Source: Tricharina praecox
Lineage: Eukaryota
Length of the DNA: 64,000 nt
NCBI RefSeq assembly: GCF_024521635.1
Contig: NW_026250430.1
Coordinates: 248,001 to 312,000, forward strand
Direction of reading: 5' to 3'
In this document: positions 49,245-59,970 of the stretch, piece by piece
Layout of the letters: each line of letters opens with the position of its first letter
Position numbering within the stretch: position 1 is the first letter of the stretch
Notes under the pieces: model-generated
Database searches by the model: none
What the model saw: only the letters and a program-made list of their open reading frames with translations
Told to the model about the DNA's origin: nothing
Program-made: the position numbers and the translations under genes

Positions 49245-52111
49245 ATGCACCGGCGCCGCGCGCCCCCCATAATGCCAGCGGCGAACGCCTCGCGCGTGAA
49301 CACGCACGAGATCGTGCACTCCTACGAGTCCTCTGCGAACCCTGCGCGGCCCATCCGGCCATCGCCATTGACGACGCAGAACGGGATGCCTTTGGACCTA
49401 TTGGACCGTCTGCGGTCGTTCCCTCTATTCATGTCAGCGCCGGAAGAGTTTCTCTCCGCCGTCGCGACGCATCTGCGGCCGCAGCTGCACTCGCCCCGGG
49501 ATTATATCGTCACCGAGGGCGACGATGCGAAGGCTATGTACTGGCTTGTTCGTGGTGCCGTCGCGGTTACGTCCAGGGATGGGGAAAGTACGTATGCCGA
49601 GCTCAGGCCCGGAGCGTTTTTTGGTGAGATTGGGATTCTTATGAATATTCCGAGAACGGCCACGATTATTGCCAGGAGTAAGTGTCTCCTCGTTGTACTC
49701 ACGAAGGAGGCGCTGCAGAGGGAACTGCCGAAGTATCCTGAGGTCGAGAGGGCGATACGGGAGGAGGCAGAGGAGCGCCTGACCCTGCTGAATAAGAAGA
49801 AGAGGGAGCGGGAGTCGACACGGGTCGGCGGCGTCAAGAGGGGGGTTGATGATGGGGAGATGGATGTGGACGAGCCGATACAGTTCTCGAATGGGCTGGG
49901 AGCGCAGGGGCTCACCCCCGGCGGTCAGTGGGCGAGTGCGTCGGCGTTGGCCAGTGTCGCCGTCAATATCCGGCAATTGCTGAAGGAACTGCCACTGTTC
50001 GCCAACCTGCCGCCCCAGAATCTGCACTTTCTGGGATTGAGCGCGACGCCGCGCGCATTCGATCCGTTCACGTCGATCGTGCAGCAGAATTCGAATGGGC
50101 GGGAAATTTATTTCATCGTGCGCGGCGAGGTGGAGGTGGTGGACGAGACGGATCCGACCAATATTAAGGTTAAGGCACGGCTAAAGAAGGGGCACTACTT
50201 CGGCGAGGTGGCAGGGCTGTATTTGGCGCCTAAGCGAACCGCCACCGTCCGCTCGGTTACTTATGTAGAATGTCTGGTGATCGGAGGGGACGTGCTGGCC
50301 GAGCTGTGGAAGAAGTGTCCGCCCGACGTGCAGCAGCAGCTGGAGAAGACGGCTCGCACACGCATGGACGCCGACTCCATGATCCTGGGGAGTAATACGG
50401 CTGCAATCACGATGATGCCGCCATCCGTGCCGCCGCAGCACGGCGTCGGCGTGGATCCGATGGATATCTCGGATCTGCCAAACTTATCGGCGTCGCACTT
50501 GGGCTTGACTCGGTCGGCCTCGCCGCTCACAGTCACCGGGCCGAACGATCTCAACGTGGTGGAGCCTTTCGACCCGGACCCCTATCAGCCCTCCGACTTC
50601 GATTCGATGGTGCGGTCCAAGTCCCGGCGGGGATCGCTAGCACCCCCGGCGCCGTCCGGGGCCAACTCACCGACGGAAGAGAAGGGCTCGCCGCTCGCGA
50701 CGTCGGTCACGTCATCGCCCATCCCGTCGCCGGTCAAGACCAAGCACGTCACCACGCCGCCGGAAAAGTCGCCCGCCAAGCGACCGAAAACCGGGAGCGT
50801 GCGGATCCTTTCGCGGAAACCGAGCAGGTTCAATACTGGCCAGTTCGACGACGACGTGCTCAACGAGATATTCAAGTACCTCGAGCTGCCCGAGCTGATG
50901 CGCATGCGCGCCGTGTCCACACATTGGTCGCGATTACTGACGCACTCGCCACACCTGTGCAAAGTCCTCAATCTCAAACCGTACAACCGCGTCATCAACG
51001 ACCGCGTGCTGATCGAGAGCATCGCGCCGTTCGTCGGCCACCGGCCACACACCATTGACATCTCCAACTGCTTCCACATCTCGGACGAGGGCTTCTCGGC
51101 ACTAGCGCAGCACTGCGGCGCCCACGTCAAGAAGTGGCGCATGAAGAGCGTCTGGGACATCACCGGCCAGGCAATCCTGGAAATGTCCAACCGTGCAAAG
51201 GGGCTCGAGGAGATCGACCTCTCCAACTGCCGCAAAGTCTCGGACACGCTCCTGGCGCGGGTGGTGGGCTGGGTAGTCCCCGAGTTCCACCCGATGTACG
51301 CGGACGCGGCGCAGCAGCAGCAAGCTGCCGCCGCCTCCGCCTCCTCTAACCCCAGCCGCTACATCCCGCCCCAAATCTACCCGCCGGCCGGCACGGTGAT
51401 CGGCTGCCCGAACCTGCGGCGGCTCACACTCAGCTACTGTAAACACGTCACGGACAGGACAATGAGCCACCTGGCCGCGCACGCCTCAAAGCGCCTCGAA
51501 CACGTGGACCTCACCCGCTGCACCACAATCACGGACCAGGGCTTCCAGAGCTGGAGCATGACCCGCTTCGAGCGCCTGCAGAGCCTGTGTCTCGCTGACT
51601 GCACGTACCTCACCGACTCCGCAGTGGTCTTCCTCACCAACGCGGCAAAGGGCCTGCGGAGCCTGGACCTGGTTTGTGCCCCCCTCCCCACTCCCCCCTC
51701 CCAACCCACTAACCCCCCCATGTCTAGTCTTTCTGCTGCGCCCTCTCCGACACCGCAACGGAAGTCCTCTCGCTGGGGTGCCAACACCTCTCGACCCTCA
51801 AACTGTCTTTCTGCGGCTCGGCAGTCTCGGACAGCTCCCTGCGTGCCATCGGGCTGCACCTGCTGGAGCTGCGGGAGCTGTCAGTGCGCGGCTGCGTGCG
51901 CGTTACGGGAGTCGGCGTGGAGGCGGTTGTAGAGGGCTGCCACAACCTGGAGGTATTCGATGTTAGCCAGTGTAAGAACCTCCAGAGGTGGCTCGAACAG
52001 GGCGGCGTAGAGAAGTGTACCAAGACTTGGAGGAGGAATGTGGAATTCCTGACGGTGGCGAGGGATAAGGAGGATGGGGGGGATGGGGGGGATGGGGTGC
52101 GGAGACGGTAG
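49245..52111 (+). CDS. Protein with two cyclic-nucleotide-binding domains, F-box and leucine-rich repeats; intron 51672-51727
   Basis: Phosphate-binding cassettes FFGEIGILMNIPRTAT and YFGEVAGLYLAPKRTAT; F-box-like DDVLNEIFKYLELPELMRMRAVSTHW; Cys-containing LRRs (LxxLxLSxCxxVTD) continue in frame after the intron. Confidence 0.92.
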
Positions 52112-53422
52112 GGGTTGTGGTGAAGGGAGGGGGATGGGAAGGCAGGGGGAAATGGAGGGGGGGATGATGGGTGGTGGGTGATGATGATGATGGGTGATGA
52201 TGATGGCTTTTATCTTCGGGCATCGTGGGGGCATCTAGGCTAGGGGGTGCGTGATTTATGGTTGACTTATGGTTGTGGCGGGGTTTTGGTTTTCATTTTG
52301 GTTTGTGTTATGATAGGGCTGGATGGGCGGGATTGGGACGGTCATGATAGAGGAGATTTGTTATTTTGGGTTGAGGTATGAAGTTGATGCGGCAAGCATG
52401 AACATTGAAGCATCAAGCATGATGAAAGTTGAAACATTGGATTGAGCCTGGTGGGATGTGAATAACACGACTAGATACCGATTTTTAACTTCGCGCCCTT
52501 GACCAGTCGCTTGTACTCTAGCTAGCCGGAGTAACCCGTCAGCTGTATTTTATCAGCACGGAGTATCAGCTCAACTGAATTCCAATGTCTTCATAGTTTC
52601 TCACGTCGATTCCAAGCTGAGGAGTACTGGTGCCCCAGTTGATGATTTGTTACGTATCAAGCCTTATCGGCGCTTATCCTTCGGAGCAGCCTTAACTATC
52701 AGGGGACTCTTGATCGCTACTTAGGCAAGTTGAAGGCAACCCCCGCTCGCCTATGCCTGACCCGGACCCCAGGGTTCCAATTGACGTTAGATATGTAGCA
52801 CCAAGAGCAAGGCGATGGATGGAGATCAGCGGTACCGGTGGATGCCCGATGCCCGACTCTCGAGTACCGTACCGTAGTTATCTGCTGGACAGTGGTGAGG
52901 CAAGGCGAGGCGAGGCGGGGTATCATGGCCATTGCCATGGCCGTGTGCATATATACGGTATACCGCGCAAACGCAGCCGGCTATGTCGCCATCCGTCGTG
53001 CGTGCGGTATCTACGGTAGGTATTATCTATGCTTACATATCGCTTGGATATCGCTTGGATACTGCTTGGATACCGCCTGTTTAATGGTAGAGTACCATAC
53101 CACCTGTATGTAGAGTATGTACGTCTGTAGGTATGTAGATCTCCGGATGATGCCTTCCTTCGCCTTCGCCTTCGGGTTTGTACGGTCATATGTACGGTCA
53201 TATGTACGGTCATACCCATAACTGTTGATTAAGGCACCCAGCTACCTACTGGCTAGGCATACCAGGTATAACCCCACCAGGCGCAACCGGCCCGGCATCA
53301 TTCGCTGCGGGCCTGAAATCTGGGCATATATATCCTCTCATACAAATACCTGCCCCCTCCCCACCGCCCTCCCCCACCCCCCCCCCCCCGCACCTCATTG
53401 ACGACTTCCCCACCATCACATA

Positions 53423-54705
53423 ATGGACACCAAAGACCTTCCCGCCACATCGCGCACCTGGTTCGTCAAGGCGCTCCCCACAGGCCCGCTGATCCCAAAT
53501 GAGCACTACGAGCTGCGGACCGTGCCACTGATCGCGCCAACAGCGGGGCAGATCCTCGTCAAGATCACGTTCGTCCCCTCCCACCCTCCTCCCCTCCCTC
53601 TCCCAGCTGACCAGAAAACCGGTAGCCACATCGCCGTCGACCCGACGAACATAAACTACATCAGCGCGTCGCCGGCTTTAGCCGGTGAGCGCCTATACAT
53701 CGCACAGAGGCTCGTAGGCGAGTCCGTACTCGCCGGCGCCGCGGGAGTAGTGGTCGCCTCGTGCCACGACGGCTTTGCCGTTGGCGACCGCGTGGGCGGC
53801 ACGTGGGGGTGGAGCGAACACGTCCTGCTCGATGTGGGGAAGATGAAATTGCCGTGGGCGGAGCCGACGAGGATTCCGCAAGATGTGGATACCGAGGCGT
53901 GGTTAACGCTTGGGTTGCCGGTGAGTGATCGTCTATGGCAAGGGTGGGGGACGGGGTGCGGGGGGGGGGGGGGGGGGCTGACGGGATAGGCGATGACGGC
54001 GTACTTCGCGCTCATGAAGCTGGCGGGCGCGACGGCGGAGAATTGTAGGACCATGGTTGTGTCTGCGGCGGCGGGGGCGACGGGGTCGACCGTCGTGCAG
54101 CTGGCCAAGAACGTTCTCGGCATCGAGAGGGTTATTGCGCTTGCCGGCAGCGACGAGAAGTGCCGCTTCTGTCGCGAGGTGTTGAAGGCCGATGTTGCGC
54201 TTAACTATAAGGACCCCGATTTTAAGGCACAATTCGTTGCCGCGACGCCGGATTATGTGGATATGTGAGTCCCCTTGTCGTGCCTGTGTGTGGTGGGGTG
54301 GGGGGGGGGGGTGAGTGCTGATGGGGGGATAGTTACTACGACAACGTGGGCCCGCCGATCCTGCCGCTGGCGATCTCGCGGATCGCGTACAAGGGCAAGG
54401 TGGTGGTGTGCGGGGCCATCGCGGCGTACCAGAGCGCCACCGACATCGCGGCGATCCCGATGTCGTCGTACATGACGATCTGCTACCAGCAGGTGGCGGT
54501 GCTGGGGTTCATCTTCACCGCCTGGGTCGAACACATCCCCGAGGCGGCAAGGATGCTCACCGAGTATGCTATGGCGGGGAAGATTGTTCCCGTCAAGCAT
54601 GTCGTCGATACGACGATTGAGGAGGCTCATATGGGACTTAATATACTGTTCGCGGGACAGAATCTGGGGAGGCTGATTTTGAGGCTGGCGGAAAAGAAGG
54701 ATTGA
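53423..54705 (+). CDS. NADP-dependent MDR oxidoreductase (prostaglandin reductase/LTB4DH-like); introns 53569-53625, 53921-53989, 54265-54332
   Basis: MTAYFAL, VVSAAAGATGSTVVQLAK, IALAGSDEKC, ALNYK, YYDNVG, VVCGAIAAY, LFAGQNLGRLIL. Confidence 0.9.
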
Positions 54706-54979
54706 TGCGCGGATGGGTGGGCGGCGGGGATGGATTGGTGGAATGTATGTAGTAGAGTTCAGTCAGACGGAAGTGTATGAACGACCTCTCGGCGAAAGCT
54801 TTGTGATTCGGTGACTCGATTAACTACCGAGTTGTCGATCCTCGCATCATCATTCACACGCCCAATTCAACTCCAGAATGCTCACCAAATCAACCTCATA
54901 ACGTCCCGTGCCCAGCAGTGAACAATCTCAACCTCGAACTCCGCATTGTAGTATTAACCGTTCCTTCAACCAGCAGCTC

Positions 54980-55421
54980 CTACTCCACCTCCCCCTCATC
55001 CTCAATAGCGCCCAACTCCTCAACGACAAACTGCTCGCCCCTAACCTTCCACGCGATTGTCCCGCCATCGACAAGTCCCACATCCCTCACGGTGGTCTTA
55101 TTCTTCTCCTGCCCATCGAGGACATACCAATTCCTAGCGGCAGCGTTGTCGTCGGTAGCTCCAAGGACGATCTCGTCGGGCGACTCGGGAAGCTCGCCAG
55201 CGATCGAGAGAGAGTGCTTGTCGGCGTGCTCTTGCAGCGAGCGGAATAGCTCCGCTTTGAGCAAGGGCAGAGGTGTAGACGGTAAAGCGTGCAACAGGGT
55301 CGTCGTCTTCCCGTTCTTGGCGAGTAGCGTCATGTGTGCCGGCGTCGGGCGGGATGAGGTCTGCGTACAGGTAGACGGGTTAGAGATGAGGCGGGAGGGG
55401 GGATGGGGCGGTACTTGCCAT
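54980..55421 (-). CDS. Small hypothetical protein (possibly ubiquitin-like fold); first coding exon is the ATG alone, followed by a GC-AG intron (55418-55361)
   Basis: ATG/GCAAGT...CTAAC...CAG/ACCTCA joins in frame to TSSRPTPAHMTLLAKNGKTTTLLHALPSTPLPLLKAELF...TVRDVGLVDGGTIAWK. The fold is inferred from pattern only. Confidence 0.65.
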
Positions 55422-56278
55422 CGTGTGTATGTGTGGTGTGGTGGGAGTATAGCGGGTGTGAGGTGGCTAGGAGGGAGCGTGGAGAGGTTGTGGTAGTCGT
55501 CGCGGTGGGAAAGTGAGAAGTGGGACGAGTGAGAGATAGCTAGCGAGGGCGCGTGGTGGGGTTGCACGCTAGTTACTGTCTGGTAGCTTTACACGTGAGG
55601 GAGCGCGGGGTTGAGGCGTCTGTGTTGCGGGGAGCGGCGGAATAGGTTGACTATGGGCGCGGGGGTGTGACCAGGATCAGATGCGATGCGGAGGGTCAAC
55701 GACTCAACGGTGACTTGTTTTGCTATTGTTTCTGGATATCTACCGTATTCTATTCTGTTCGTCGGGTTCGTCTCGTCAATCTGTTCATCACAGGTTCACA
55801 ACATCACATAGGTAGATCATATCTACCGGAGATCATATATAGACCACCCACGCCTAATAATTCATCACACGTTTTCGTATCTCTCAATGGAAGTCTCGCG
55901 CAGAAAATCTCGCGCCAAGTCTGTAGACCAAATGAGGCGTATTCGAATCTCGAGTACATAGCTGACACATTCGAGTACCGTCCGTATAACCAAGCAGATA
56001 CCTACCTTGTACCCATGGTTCACGCGTTACGGACCTGGAGAGTATATCTGCCTAATATAGGGTATATGCTAGATAGTAGATACAACCTACAAGGTAAGTA
56101 TTGGTCGACTCCATCTCTAGTATCTCCAAAGTCAAAATCAGAGCTGCAGGCTGAACGGTTGGAGCCTGATTACCCCTCACCCATGATACCAAACCCCATC
56201 TTTCGTCTAAGGGATTCTCCATCGCTTCCAACAACCTTTACAGCTTACATGCCGACACTCACTAGTCCTTGAAACCCT

Positions 56279-57706
56279 ATGGCAAACTTCCTCCGAGAGT
56301 TCTTTGGCGGCCGTAACGCGCCGGCGCAAGAGGCCCCCGCCATCGCACAGCCCGCAAAGTCACAGCCCGCAAAGGCACCGCCCGACCCACGTATCCGCGC
56401 TCGAACACTTCGGATATGCTCGATCCCATCGCGTGTCACGGAGAACGAGTTCCGGGCCTACCTGAAAGAATTGCTTGGATACGATGATTTCTTTCTCTCG
56501 TTCGTGCCTTCGAAGGGTCACATAACGGCGACGATTACTCTCACGAGCGGGGAGCCCTCGACTCTTTTGGCGTGTTCTTCGGGTAAACGAATATACCTGC
56601 CCTACCAGGGAGCAGTAATCGGCCTCGTGGTTGACTGCGACTTTCTCGGGATGACGCCGTTGTACAGTGCCGCAGAGCCTGCCGTCGAGTAATATCTATC
56701 TTCGCGTCAGTAATTCTACAGGGCTGACGAGCCTAGCATTGTCGCTGTCACGGGCCTCGCCGGCCATGCCTACGGATCCTGGAAGTCTCGGGACCAGCCG
56801 TGGATGTGGCTGCGGGATTTTCTGCCGTCGGAACTCGAAGGGCGTGGCTACCAAGTGCGGATCCTCACCTTTGGCTACGACTCGGCTCTCGTAAACACCA
56901 CAGCCACACCCTCGATCCAGCACTACGCCAGGACACTTTTGGACAGTCTGAACAGCGAACGTAATCGCGACAATGTATGTGTGCGTGTGTAGATTTGGGC
57001 GTGAACTTCGACTGACAGATGTCATCAGGAACGCCGACGTCCAATAATCTTCATAGGCCACAGCCTTGGTGGTTTGGTCATCAAACAGGTAGGCAATGTT
57101 TCGCGGCCCACGAAAAGCACTCGTTCTTATCATCGATAGGCACTCGCGGATGCATCTCAGCAAAAAGGACAGTACGACAACGATCAAGCGATCCTGGACT
57201 CGTGCACTGGACTCTTTTTCTTCGGCGTCCCCAACCGAGGACTTGATGCCAAGAATTTGAGGACGTTGGTGAAGGACCAGAAGAACGAACACTTCATCAA
57301 TGATCTGAGAGAAGGATCGGAGCTGTTGTGGCAGGCCTATCAACGCTTCCTACAAGGAGTTGAGCTGCAAGGCTGCCAGATCACGTCGTTCTACGAGCTC
57401 AAAGATACTCAAACCGTGATCATCGGCCCGGATGGGAGTTGGAAGAGAAGTGGCGAGATGATACGGGTTGTAACACGGGACTCTGCTACTTTCTCTCTAC
57501 CCACCGAGGCCATTCACAGACAAGTAGGGATCAATGCCGACCACTCGGACATGGTCAAATTCACCGACAACTGCGATAATCACTACATCACAGTAAGGGA
57601 GAGACTGTCAGAGTGTGTCGCGAGCGCTCCAGATGTCATCAGAGCCCGATCGAAATCGGCCGCAATCGCTCCGAGTCTCACTGAGCTCAGTTCGAAATCG
57701 GCCTGA
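56279..57706 (+). CDS. SesB/SERAC1-like alpha/beta-hydrolase with N-terminal RRM-like segment (effector part of NLR copy 1); exons 56279-56688, 56737-56974, 57029-57088, 57140-57706
   Basis: DIVAVTGLAGHAYGSW, MWLRDFLP, RILTFGYDS, RPIIFIGHSLGGLVIKQAL, FFFGVPNRG, INADHSDMVKF; three canonical introns in frame. Confidence 0.85.
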
Positions 57707-57769
57707 ATCGCTCCGAACCTTACCGAAGCCCGTTCAAAATCTGTCGGGAACGCTCCGAATCGTACCGAG
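57644..57769 (+). repeat. Three 42-bp coding tandem repeats (ARSKSAAIAPSLTE / LSSKSA*IAPNLTE / ARSKSVGNAPNRTE)
   Basis: Units start at 57644, 57686 and 57728; the TGA at 57704 lies inside unit 2. Confidence 0.85.
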
Positions 57770-58213
57770 GACCGTATGGGAAGCGCCGAGACTGGTGGAA
57801 ATCATGACGGTGTGTAGACTGGTATTACTACGCAGTTCGGTTATCGGCCGGGAGGAAGACGGCCCGTGGGAGAGCGAGTATGTAGAGTCGGAGATAGGCA
57901 TGGAGGAGATGGCAATAGAGGTCAAGAGAAGGTTGAGGTGAAAAGGAGAAGTCGAGCATTGTGTTTTCATCGCCTTTCTCTGGGTTATTATAGGTAGCCA
58001 TTTGATTTCGTCATTTTTTGTTTCCGATGGGTCACCGGGCATCTCCGCAGGCCTGGGAGAGTTCATGCGAAGGCAGTGAGAGCCCACACTGCCGTAGCAA
58101 TGGCCGCTTCCTCACGGTTTCCTTTGCGTTGGGGAGTTTCTTGGACATGGAGTCTTTAATACGAACATTTTCATAAACCACTACATTTTACCGATTCTAA
58201 TGATATATTTTAG

Positions 58214-59970
58214 TACCCAAATCAAGCACGAAGCCTGTGTTCATGGTCCCCTCGGGTGCGAATCCGGAATTTATCGGCAGGGATGAGATATTCGACCGAA
58301 TCGAATCGTTATTACTTCCCGATGGGAAAGGTCAACGGCGGGCCGCACTGTACGGACTCGGAGGAATTGGGTAAGATTCCGTTTGGCAGAAATGACATCC
58401 AACAGCCTCTAGAAAGACGGCCACGATAAAGCATGTTGAAGTTGACTTAACTCTACCCAGGAAAACGACGATTGCGATCGAATTCTGTCACCGACGAAAG
58501 GAAGCACAACCAGGCGATCATGTCTTTTGGGTGTATGCCGACTCGCATGAGAGCTTCAACGACAGTTACCTGGAGCTGGGCCAGAAGGCCGGTTTTCTGG
58601 ATGACAAAATGTGCGATGAAAAGGGAATGAAGGTCGTCAAGGACTGGCTGGATAGCCCGGCCAGCTGCAACTGGATCATGATTATCGACAACTTCGACGA
58701 CGTTGACTCGTACCCAGCGAAATATCTTCCGTTAAACCGTGGTGCGATCTTATACACAAGCCGCGACGGAAGGCTCGTCGGAAATTATGTGGCTTCTGCT
58801 GCGGGAGTGCACATCACTGCTATGAGCAATGAAGAAGGACTGGCGATGTTGTCGAAGCTTCTAGTTGTCGAAGGAGCCATCACTACGGTCAATTCGGAAG
58901 ACGTTCTCGAGCTTCTGCACCAGCTAGAATATCTGCCACTGGCAATAGCACAGACGGCCGCCTATATACGAGAAACCGGGGTTGATGTATCGATCTACCT
59001 CGAGATGTTCAAAGAATGTGAGTAGAATCAGCAGGAACTACTCGGCGACGCCTTGCCGACGGCATACGAAGACCGCAAGGGACGCAGCCCGCGCGCGGTG
59101 ACCGTGACCTGGAAGCTGACCATCGACAAAATCAAGGAGAAGAACCCTAATTCTGTGCAGCTTCTGGAAGTCATGAGCTTCCTCAGCCCCGACGAGATAC
59201 CGAAGGGGCTATTGAGAGCTATTCCATCCTTCAAGAATGCTAGTGGTGTACTATTCAGCAAGGCATTTGCACCGCTTCTGAGCTTCTCGCTCATCTATCC
59301 GCTCGAATCTGCCAAATATCGCCTGCACCGTCTCGTCGGGTTATGTATTCGGAAACAGATTTATTTGGAAGAACGGAGAAATGAACTTCTAGACATAGTA
59401 TCTAGATTGTTGAACGGTAGTTTCGAGGAGGGGTGGGCAACCGTAATCCAATGTTTTCACCTAATATCACATGCAGTAACCGTGCTGGGACATGTCGGCA
59501 GTGGATCCCAGGCTACTGTGGGAGGTTTGGCTCTACAATACAACTTGGGAAATATCCTGGGACAAAGTGGGAATCTCGTAGAAGCTGTGGTGTGGAGCCA
59601 GCGGGCACTGGACGGCTATGAGAAGGTCCTCGGAAAAGACCACCCCAACACTCTCGACTCTGTCAACATGGCGGTCATTTTTAATGCACAAGGAGACTAC
59701 AGCAAAGCCTTATTGTGGTACCAGCGAGCACTCGACGGCCGGGAGAAGGTCCTCGGAAAAGACCACCCGGGCACTCTCAACTCTGTCTACAACATGGCTG
59801 CCACTCGTTATGCACAAGGAGACTACGGCAAGGCCTTATAGCTATATCAGCGGGCACATGACGGTTACGAGAAGGCGCTCGGAAAAGACCACCGCTGGAC
59901 TCTCGACGCCGCCAAAAAGATCGCGGTTTGCCGCCAACGTCTCGGCGACCCGCAAGTGGGCGACGTATAG
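58214..59970 (+). pseudogene. NB-ARC + TPR region of fungal NLR copy 1 with in-frame TAG stops at 59023 and 59839; intron 58371-58460
   Basis: FMVP..NPEFIGR, P-loop GLGGIG/KT, HVFWVYA, Walker B WIMIIDNFD, ILYTSRD, LEYLPLAIAQTAAYI, YRLHRLV, TPR repeats YQRALDG.EKVLGKDHP.TL. The same frame resumes after each stop. Confidence 0.8.

Noticed and set aside
55667..56272. 201-aa ORF upstream of hydrolase copy 1
   Set aside because: Starts at GTG, has no recognisable motif, and its 3' part aligns with the non-coding upstream region of copy 2.
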